64,000 bases of DNA from a virus. How positions within the stretch are numbered: the first letter of the stretch is position 1; every line of letters starts with the position of its first letter. Shown here piece by piece: positions 56,804 through 64,000 of this stretch. The position numbers were made by a program, and so were the translations under genes. The notes beneath the pieces were generated by a model. It was not told the origin of the DNA, ran no database searches, and saw nothing but the letters and a program-made list of their open reading frames with translations. Where the stretch lies: positions 1 through 64,000 of IMG/VR virus record IMGVR_UViG_3300029787_005452; one strand, 5' to 3'.

Positions 56804-58852
56804 TTATTTAGATTTAGCTCTATATACTTGATCCCAATCTTTACCTGGGTCATTTACCTTAAGATCAGCAACTCTTTCTTTCATCATATTATAATAATAT
56901 TCCAATATAGGGTTTATTTTAATGCATTTATTAAGTAATTTATTAGCCTCTAACCATTTTCTTTCTTTATATAGTTTTAAGAATAAATCATGTTGTAAAT
57001 AATCAAATTTTCCATCAATCACTGTATATACTTTTATACCTTCTTTCTTACCCTTAACAGCAATTTTATCTAATTCTATAAATTTAAATTTATTACCTAT
57101 TAGTTTAGTAGTTTCTTGACCTAATAGAATACCTACTCCATATGATTTTGTCTGACCTTCAAGTCTTGCAGCTAAATTAACACCATCCCCTAAACATGTA
57201 TAATCAAATCTTTGTTCTGAACCCATATTACCAACTACAACTCTACCAGTATTAATGCCTATACCAATTGCTAATGGTTTCTTACCTTCTTCAATTAACT
57301 GTATATTAAGATTAGAAAGTTCTAATTGCATTTTTATTGCAACTTCTATAGCTTTAATGCGATGAGATAATTGATCTTCAGGTAAAGGTGCATTCCAAAA
57401 TGCCATTAACGCATCGCCGATATATTTGTCTATTGTACCACCGGATTCCATAACTATTTGAGTCATGGGTGTGAGATATCGATTAATAAGATAAGTTAAC
57501 CCTTGAGGGTTATCTTTAAACTGCTCACTAATAGTGGTAAAACCTCTGATATCGGAAAATAATATAGTTAAGTCTTGTGTATCACCTCCAAGTTTTAACA
57601 TATTAGGATTTTTTTGTAATTTCTTAACTATTTCAGGGGCTAGGTAATGCTCAAACTGTTTTTTAATTAACATCTTACCCTTATATTCATGTATAAATCT
57701 AAAGAATATAGCTAATGTAAATACTAAAAAAGTACTATAAATTGGGTATGTAAAATCGTATAATAAATTATGAAAACTAAATAACCAAAAGCCATATATA
57801 GGTAAAGCAACTATAACTACACCTATTAGTAAACTGTTAATAACCCATAGAAACCTAAGCGCACATAGCGTCAACAGTAAGCTCAGTGCTATAGTAAATA
57901 GTATTTCATATAAGGTTGCTTCAACTGGTCTTACTAATATATTTTCATTAGCTAATGTTTCGACGACTTGTAAATTTAATTCATGACCACTACTAACCTT
58001 TATAGGGGTTGCTACTGAATTAGATAACCCTTCCGCTGTTAAAGCTATTACTGCTATAGTATCCTTTACAGAAGACCAATCTTCACTAGTTAGTGAAATT
58101 TTATTAAACTCAGTATCATAATTAATCCATACTCTTGCGTTTTCATCTGTTTCAAAAGTCCCAACATTTCTTAATCTAATAGCACTTACACCAGCATGGT
58201 CTACTTTAACCTGATACGATCTATCATCTACTAAAGTTCTTAAAATTTCTAAAGGTAAAGTTGGGTATACTTCATCTTTAACTTGTATCATTAAAGGCAC
58301 CCGTCTAACCACCCCATCAAGCTCGGGTGCAGTAACAGTCATACCCACTCCTTTAGAAAACATACCTACACTTTCAATAGGACCTATACCATTAGGGTAA
58401 TCAAATAACCAATCATTTAACTTTACCGAACCTATTGTTGTAATATTCTGTTTTACTAATACACCTTTACCTTGTAATGCAGCAGACTGAGTAGTAACGA
58501 CTGGGTAATGATATAAAATATCAGTAAAAGTTTTATCTCCTCCTAATCTATCTTCTTCAGCAAATAAGATAGGTAAAACTACTAATCCTGCCCCATGGTA
58601 ATAAGCTTTTTCTATATAATGAGCTAAGACATCTCTCTTCCATGGCCATTGACCATATTTTTCTAAACTTGATTCATCTATTTCTATAATAGTAAATAAA
58701 TCAGATTTTTTTACTTTTTGTGTTTTTTGATAATAGTCTAAACCTTTTAATCTTAAGATTTCTACAGGATAGGGGTCATATATTCTAAGTACTGAAAATA
58801 AAACTGCAGCTATAGTACAATATATGAATGGTTTGAATTTATTAAGTTTCAT
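56804..58852 (-). CDS. CHASE2-domain class III adenylate cyclase
   Basis: CHASE2 motifs (YGQWPW, DGVVRR), three TM helices, FSDIRGFT, IDKYIGD and FDYTCLGDGVNLAARLE. Confidence 0.95.
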   Translation of the reverse strand: MKLNKFKPFIYCTIAAVLFSVLRIYDPYPVEILRLKGLDYYQKTQKVKKSDLFTIIEIDESSLEKYGQWPWKRDVLAHYIEKAYYHGAGLVVLPILFAEEDRLGGDKTFTDILYHYPVVTTQSAALQGKGVLVKQNITTIGSVKLNDWLFDYPNGIGPIESVGMFSKGVGMTVTAPELDGVVRRVPLMIQVKDEVYPTLPLEILRTLVDDRSYQVKVDHAGVSAIRLRNVGTFETDENARVWINYDTEFNKISLTSEDWSSVKDTIAVIALTAEGLSNSVATPIKVSSGHELNLQVVETLANENILVRPVEATLYEILFTIALSLLLTLCALRFLWVINSLLIGVVIVALPIYGFWLFSFHNLLYDFTYPIYSTFLVFTLAIFFRFIHEYKGKMLIKKQFEHYLAPEIVKKLQKNPNMLKLGGDTQDLTILFSDIRGFTTISEQFKDNPQGLTYLINRYLTPMTQIVMESGGTIDKYIGDALMAFWNAPLPEDQLSHRIKAIEVAIKMQLELSNLNIQLIEEGKKPLAIGIGINTGRVVVGNMGSEQRFDYTCLGDGVNLAARLEGQTKSYGVGILLGQETTKLIGNKFKFIELDKIAVKGKKEGIKVYTVIDGKFDYLQHDLFLKLYKERKWLEANKLLNKCIKINPILEYYYNMMKERVADLKVNDPGKDWDQVYRAKSK

Positions 58853-59757
58853 TGTTGAATAATATTTATAGACACGCTACCACCTGCATTTAGAACGCCT
58901 TCAGTTATGGTACCTTTATTATCATATTTTAATGATACGTCAGAAACTGAAGGTACAATTAATTTAATTTTATTTTCATTATCAGATGTAAATGTAGCTT
59001 TATCATCTTCTATCTCAAAAATTGAGTTTTGATCATCATCTTCAAATTCTATAAATGATGCTTCTTCTAAAAAATCATCATTATTATCTTTTTCTACTGT
59101 TTCATCTTCAACGTTTTCGTTTATTTCATTTTTGATTTCAATAGTTTGATTTTTTCTATTATTATCAATTATAGGTTTGGATGGGGAAGAAAAAGTAGAG
59201 GCAACTGAAGTTACTTCAAATGCTTTAGTTAGAACTACTGAACCTATATTATTAAAAACTTCTATAGAACCAACGTAAGTATTACCATTACTATCTTCTG
59301 ACGGTAATAAAGTAAACGTACTTTCACCGGATTCTTTAACTATAACTTCAAAATCAGTACCTCTAACTGATACAGAAGCTGTAGGAGTAGTTATCTTTAT
59401 ATTTTCTTTACTATTTTTAGCAATTAAACCTGATGTATATCTTAGTTTACCGAAAGATGCTTTTAAACTTACTTTACCCTTTTTTGTATTATTGTCATAC
59501 ACGAATTCATCTATTATTAACGTTGAATATTTTGCAATAGTAACTTTGGTATCATCTACAAATATTATTTTTATATTACCGTCTAAGGTTTCTATTTCAT
59601 CATACATTTCAACTGGCGTACCTAAACCAGTTAAGTATTTTTCTGTACCTCTAGTAATTTGCCCGGGTTGAGACTGAAAAGAAACCTCCCCAACTTTAGA
59701 AAAAGCAGAGGAGGTTATAAAAACAAATACTAAAAAAAGATTAAGGACCGACTTCAA
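58849..59757 (-). CDS. FecR-domain exported protein
   Basis: Signal peptide (probable TTG start), F.DDTKVTI, GKLRY and TPTASVSVRGTDF. Confidence 0.88.
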   Translation of the reverse strand: MKSVLNLFLVFVFITSSAFSKVGEVSFQSQPGQITRGTEKYLTGLGTPVEMYDEIETLDGNIKIIFVDDTKVTIAKYSTLIIDEFVYDNNTKKGKVSLKASFGKLRYTSGLIAKNSKENIKITTPTASVSVRGTDFEVIVKESGESTFTLLPSEDSNGNTYVGSIEVFNNIGSVVLTKAFEVTSVASTFSSPSKPIIDNNRKNQTIEIKNEINENVEDETVEKDNNDDFLEEASFIEFEDDDQNSIFEIEDDKATFTSDNENKIKLIVPSVSDVSLKYDNKGTITEGVLNAGGSVSINIIQQ

Positions 59758-60526
59758 TAAATGTACCTTGTGCGAAATCAGGTGTTGGTACCGGTTGTGT
59801 ATAACTTCCATCAAAATTACTTATAGTACCAAGACCTTCCAATCCAGCAGTATAATTACCATCAGACTGTATAATTGTAAAAGTTGTATCATTACCATAA
59901 TGGGTAAGCTCTAATGTTTGGTATTCAGATCCTGATTGTACCAAGTTAAGAATATTACTATCACCTTGAAGTTGTACGATTTGGCTATGACCTAAACCAA
60001 GATTACCTCCTTCTTGAATAGATGTAATTGTATTACCATTACCAATTAGGGAAATATCTGATACTGCTGCAATATTATCATTAAGATAAAAATCTAATAT
60101 ATTACTGTTACCAATAATATAATTTTTAAGATATTGCTGAGAAATATTTGAAGCTTCAGCTGTTGTATCATCTTTCTTAATTGAAATATCGTTACCATCA
60201 CCTAATAAGGTATTAGTAAATGTATTTTGATCACCTGATACTAAAATATCTTGCTTATTACCATTACCTTCAATATATAAATCGAAATCTGTTTGATCTC
60301 CAGACCATTCAATATCTAATTCATTAGCGTTACCGATTTGAGAAATATCAAAATCACTACTATCTCCTGCAATAGTAGAAATGTCAGTTGAAGCTCCTAT
60401 TCTATTTCCTGAACCTACTTGAGTAATATCGAAGGTACCTGTTGAACCTTCTTGTTCTAAGTAAATTTCGTTATTTGCAAATGCAATAGAAGTTGTTAAT
60501 AATAATGCTAGTAATGTTGTTTTCAT
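59741..60526 (-). CDS. Curlin-like repeat protein (CsgA/CsgB-like)
   Basis: Signal peptide and about 8 x-Q/x-G-x-x-N repeats (QVGSGN, QIGNAN, EGNGN, QGDSN); TATAAATA-N5-ATG. Confidence 0.8.
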   Translation of the reverse strand: MKTTLLALLLTTSIAFANNEIYLEQEGSTGTFDITQVGSGNRIGASTDISTIAGDSSDFDISQIGNANELDIEWSGDQTDFDLYIEGNGNKQDILVSGDQNTFTNTLLGDGNDISIKKDDTTAEASNISQQYLKNYIIGNSNILDFYLNDNIAAVSDISLIGNGNTITSIQEGGNLGLGHSQIVQLQGDSNILNLVQSGSEYQTLELTHYGNDTTFTIIQSDGNYTAGLEGLGTISNFDGSYTQPVPTPDFAQGTFIEVGP

Positions 60527-60560
60527 AATTATATTTATAAAAATATAACTATAATTTTTA

Positions 60561-61352
60561 CTATTCAACAAAATTCCACAAGCCTTTTTCGTCTCCTTGT
60601 AACATTAAATCAATTATGCATGCATCTATAGCTTTTCTTGTTGCAATTGAAACTCTTTCATTTCTAGCATAACCTATTTCAGCTTCACCATAATCATTAA
60701 ATTCACCCAAACCTAATTCATCAGTATCAAAATACTTAAAAAATGTTGCGCCGGCACTAACACTTAAAATAGTTTTACTTACTGTGGATGATAATAATAT
60801 TTGACCTGAATTAACACTAACAAATCTCATTGAAACTGTCACATTATCTTTTCTATATTGTTTTTGACCACCTATACCTAAGTAACTGGCACCAATACCA
60901 CCTGATACAATATTACTTTCATATGAAATAATTCCCCCCTCGACCAACATACCAGCAAATAATAAAGCTCCTAAATCTTCTTCTTTATCATTAAAAGATT
61001 TTCTATTAGTTTTAATAATATTTCTTTCGTTAAGTAAATTAGCAAGATTAGCTCTTTCAACCACTTTAAACCATTTACTATTACCAGCTTCTATTAATGA
61101 TTCTATAACCCAAGCTTCCCCACCTTGGGTAACTGCTGATGAAAAAGATGCATAATTATCAGCTGTCTTTCTTTGACCAGTTTTATCGTCAAAAGAATAA
61201 ACTGCAACAAATATAGGAGCTTCTTTTACTTCTTTCATATCCCCTTGTTCAATCATATAAGGTGGTTTTTGAACCCATGGAGGATTTTGTACAGGTGTCG
61301 ATACACAACCTACCATTAATAATAAACTTAAACTAATTAAAAATTTTATCAT
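60561..61352 (-). CDS. csgG: Curli secretion channel CsgG
   Basis: Lipobox LMVGC, VYSFDDKTGQRK, SSAVTQG, WFKVVER, LLNERNII and QYRKDNVTVSMR. Confidence 0.93.
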   Translation of the reverse strand: MIKFLISLSLLLMVGCVSTPVQNPPWVQKPPYMIEQGDMKEVKEAPIFVAVYSFDDKTGQRKTADNYASFSSAVTQGGEAWVIESLIEAGNSKWFKVVERANLANLLNERNIIKTNRKSFNDKEEDLGALLFAGMLVEGGIISYESNIVSGGIGASYLGIGGQKQYRKDNVTVSMRFVSVNSGQILLSSTVSKTILSVSAGATFFKYFDTDELGLGEFNDYGEAEIGYARNERVSIATRKAIDACIIDLMLQGDEKGLWNFVE

Positions 61353-61813
61353 GGGGTCTCAGTTGCTGCTGGTGGTATGTATAAAGAACCTATTGGTATA
61401 ATAATACTTGTAGTCGAACCATCAGTTAAATCGTTTATAGTCAAATAAATTTGATCGTCAGCAGATTTATACCATGTTATAGTACTATTCTCAATCGAAA
61501 AAGTACCTGTCTCTAATCCATCATCAGCAAATAATTGCTCTGTAACTTGTTTAGCTAATTCAGAATAAATTCTAGCCTGCAAACTTGATAAAAATGTATT
61601 TACCGCTGATCGATCTTCAGCTAATTGAGCTTGCAATTCAGCTGATTCAATTTCATCTTCTATAGCTTTTTTTCTATTAAATGAAATTTGCTCTAAAGTT
61701 AATTTATGAGCAGAATAACCAATACCTGTAAATGTCGGTGATTTAAATTGAAATACTAATTCACTTCCTAATAAAGTTAATGGAAGTAACAAACATAGAA
61801 TAATCTTATTCAT
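61349..61813 (-). CDS. csgF: Curli assembly protein CsgF
   Basis: ELVFQFKSPTF.G...F...LQARIY...L; TATAAATA-N5-ATG. Confidence 0.88.
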   Translation of the reverse strand: MNKIILCLLLPLTLLGSELVFQFKSPTFTGIGYSAHKLTLEQISFNRKKAIEDEIESAELQAQLAEDRSAVNTFLSSLQARIYSELAKQVTEQLFADDGLETGTFSIENSTITWYKSADDQIYLTINDLTDGSTTSIIIPIGSLYIPPAATETP

Positions 61814-61828
61814 AGAATTATTTATATG

Positions 61829-62137
61829 TTACTTTGTCTTTTTCAATAATTCTTCTTCTTTTGCTTTAAACTCTTTTTCTAAAATTTCTCTTCTTTCTTT
61901 TTCTTGAAGTATCATTTTAAGTTTAATGTTTAAACGAATCATATCGTTATCTAACATTCTAACTTTATCTATTAAACCTATAAGAGTTTTTTTAGATGAT
62001 CCAATGGTAGGAGATATTTCTTTTGTAACCCATTGCCATACATAATATACAAAATAACCTAAACCTATTGCAGCTATAATTGGAAATCCAAAGTCATTAA
62101 CTAACTTTGAAAAGTGGTCTATCATTTGATCATTCAT
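61829..62137 (-). CDS. GFPI-motif membrane/coiled-coil protein A
   Basis: FGFPIIAAIGLGYFVYY TM helix, then LIDKVRMLDND. Confidence 0.7.
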   Translation of the reverse strand: MNDQMIDHFSKLVNDFGFPIIAAIGLGYFVYYVWQWVTKEISPTIGSSKKTLIGLIDKVRMLDNDMIRLNIKLKMILQEKERREILEKEFKAKEEELLKKTK

Positions 62138-62145
62138 ATTTTTTA

Positions 62146-62403
62146 TTATTTAGAAGCGAGACCACCACCCATTCTATTTTCTAAGAATTTTTTTATTTGC
62201 TCTAGTCGTGAACGGTGTACCATAAGCGTGTCCATTTGACTACTAATTCTTACATCATGGTAACCAAGTTGTTTTTTTAAATCGTCAATTTGTATTTGTT
62301 GTTCTTGTACTATTTGAGAATATTTATTTATATCTCTATCTAATAGATAAAAAGATGTTACTACAAGTAAACCTAATACGGTAAATATTATATTTTTTTT
62401 CAT
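62146..62403 (-). CDS. Single-TM coiled-coil protein
   Basis: N-terminal TM helix followed by heptad repeats. Confidence 0.65.
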   Translation of the reverse strand: MKKNIIFTVLGLLVVTSFYLLDRDINKYSQIVQEQQIQIDDLKKQLGYHDVRISSQMDTLMVHRSRLEQIKKFLENRMGGGLASK

Positions 62404-62684
62404 TAATCTTTTCTTGCGTCCTCCTTTCCTTCAGATGCTGCTATCCTATCTAAGTTTGGTTCAACATTAAATGCATGAGATATTAAAGTATCAATTTTAA
62501 CTATTTCATTAGTCATAACATCGACTCTATTTTGTAAACTTGCTATCATTCCTCCTAGACCAGCTACACCGCCTTTTACCCCGTTTAATATAAATTTTAA
62601 AATAATAAAAATAAATACACCACCAGATAATGCCCCTGCAATAGGAAAGCCAACCTCGGTAAGAAATCTAATAAAACCACTCAT
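62403..62684 (-). CDS. GFPI-motif membrane/coiled-coil protein B
   Basis: VGFPIAGAL TM helix, then LQNRVDVMTNE. Confidence 0.7.
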   Translation of the reverse strand: MSGFIRFLTEVGFPIAGALSGGVFIFIILKFILNGVKGGVAGLGGMIASLQNRVDVMTNEIVKIDTLISHAFNVEPNLDRIAASEGKEDARKD

Positions 62685-62764
62685 TAAAAATATTTATTAA
62701 AAATAACATGTTGAAATATATATTATTATAAGTAAATATAAAAGATAAATAATATACCGGGGAT

Positions 62765-63145
62765 ATGGAACAATTAATTTTACACTTGACAGGAGATTAC
62801 CTGTTACAGAGTGACTGGATGGCTCTTAATAAGATTAAAAATAGTAGGGCCGCAGCTACCCATGCTTTTGTATATTCATTACCATTTTTATTGTTACAAC
62901 CATCATGGGAAGCATGGTTTGTAATATTTTTTACACACTTTTTAATTGATCGTTTTGCTATTGCTAAATATATAGCATTTGCTAAAACTAAAATAGCTCC
63001 TAATAAATGGTGGCCATCATGGAAAGATTGTTCTGTAAATGGTTATAATAAAGATATACCTGTTTGGTTATCAACTTGGTTATTAATTATAACTGACAAT
63101 ACTATCCATCTTATTATAAATTACTTAGCTTTAAAGTATCTATAA
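62765..63145 (+). CDS. DUF3307-like membrane protein
   Basis: LHLTGDYLLQSDWMA...H...Y...THFLID...DNTIH. Confidence 0.8.
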   Translation: MEQLILHLTGDYLLQSDWMALNKIKNSRAAATHAFVYSLPFLLLQPSWEAWFVIFFTHFLIDRFAIAKYIAFAKTKIAPNKWWPSWKDCSVNGYNKDIPVWLSTWLLIITDNTIHLIINYLALKYL

Positions 63146-63196
63146 AAAAAGCCCTACCAAAGTAGAGCTTGTTATAATAATTAATTAATAATTAAA

Positions 63197-63397
63197 TTAT
63201 TTTTTTACAGTAGGTTTTCTACCTCTTTTTTTTGCAGTTGGCTTTGCCTTGCTTTTTAGTTCAGCTAATTCTTCTTCTGCTTTAGCAGCTAGCTCCTTAG
63301 CTTCAGTAACTAATAGATTGACTTTATCTAAATGTTTTCTTGCGACTAAAAGGCCAACAACAAAACCTACCACAAACGTTGCGATTAATGTTAACAT
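63197..63397 (-). CDS. Small TM plus basic coiled-coil protein
   Basis: FVVGFVVGLLV TM helix; K-rich tail. Confidence 0.65.
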   Translation of the reverse strand: MLTLIATFVVGFVVGLLVARKHLDKVNLLVTEAKELAAKAEEELAELKSKAKPTAKKRGRKPTVKK

Positions 63398-63435
63398 AAG
63401 AAAATTATTTAAACTAATTTTTATACATATCAATA

Positions 63436-63464
63436 AAAAAAGCCACCTCTTTCGAGGTGACTTG
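63436..63464 (-). terminator. Intrinsic terminator
   Basis: AAGTCACCTC-GAAA-GAGGTGGCTT followed by a T run on the minus strand. Confidence 0.8.
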
Positions 63465-63503
63465 AAAAATATTATAACTACCGCGGAGACTGTATAATAT
63501 TTT

Positions 63504-63731
63504 TTATTTCTTTAGTAATGCAACTAAAACAAAAAGAGCAACTAGCCCGATAAGACCGTTTTCTCCTCCTATAGAACCAACTAATGTGGTTATATTTCCA
63601 ATAACGTCTGCTCCAAAAAGAGCTCCTTTACCGAATAATATTTCAGCGAGTACACTAATAGAAACCAGTGCCACGCCTATGTCAGTGATAGCGGATGTAC
63701 CGCTTTTTATATATGTAATTATGTTATCCAT
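63504..63731 (-). CDS. Small two-TM membrane protein
   Basis: 75 aa with two hydrophobic helices. Confidence 0.7.
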   Translation of the reverse strand: MDNIITYIKSGTSAITDIGVALVSISVLAEILFGKGALFGADVIGNITTLVGSIGGENGLIGLVALFVLVALLKK

Positions 63732-63761
63732 AGATAAGTATTTAATCTTCTCGCGGAGATT

Positions 63762-64000
63762 TTACTTATCTTTTGTTTTCCAGAAATATTCATCAGTGTC
63801 TCCTAAACGGTATTCAAAACCATTTTCAACTTGATAAAATTCAGTACTAACCATAAAATCAGGTGTTTTAGGAGTTTGAGGCGTTAATGAATTATCATAA
63901 ACTCTCATTCTATTATTAGGGTATAAAGCATACTGTCCATTTTCTAATTCAATAACATTAAACGATTTATGTTCTGCAGGTACTTCAGCTGTGGAATAAT
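63762..64000 (-). CDS. 3' part of a conserved T4-like phage hypothetical protein (partial)
   Basis: Open frame ...EHKSFNVIELENGQYALYPNNRMRVYD...PDFMVSTEFYQVENG...* running from the window edge. Confidence 0.75.
   Translation of the reverse strand, partial: YSTAEVPAEHKSFNVIELENGQYALYPNNRMRVYDNSLTPQTPKTPDFMVSTEFYQVENGFEYRLGDTDEYFWKTKDK

Noticed and set aside
1-64000. tRNA genes, CRISPR arrays, IS/transposases, inteins in NrdA or the helicase, stop-codon recoding
   Set aside because: No cloverleaf/T-loop, repeat-spacer array or transposase motif was seen. Conserved genes are of normal length in the standard code, and all three stop codons terminate genes.

Overview
This is a 64-kb, strongly AT-rich segment of a large T4-like myovirus genome. 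The host is probably Verrucomicrobiota/PVC, inferred from the ferredoxin, a DUF4032-like protein and a porin. The window holds head, neck and tail genes (gp15, gp20, gp13, gp4, gp21, gp22, gp23, gp5, fibres), a TGT/DpdA-like + kinase + queF 7-deazaguanine operon, and nrdA-ferredoxin-nrdB. It also holds a DinG-like helicase, a gp62-like clamp-loader subunit, GroES-like and Hsp20 chaperones, a 14-gene sugar-modification/glycosyltransferase cluster, a superoxide dismutase, and a csgF-csgG-curlin-FecR-CHASE2 adenylate cyclase module. Several features are not in the ORF track. (1) A complete group I ribozyme core (minus strand, about 6882-7095) whose best internal guide pairs about 660 nt upstream, which would put an orphan ~206-aa ORF inside the intron between two tiny exons. 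(2) A glutamine (glnA-type) riboswitch driving a 45-aa YRG-motif peptide. (3) A candidate late sRNA and four unannotated micro-ORFs. (4) A recurring promoter geometry implying leaderless mRNAs. (5) T4-like capsid-targeting leaders on several proteins, including the SOD. No tRNA genes or CRISPR array were seen. All family assignments are by motif recognition only; no database searches were run.
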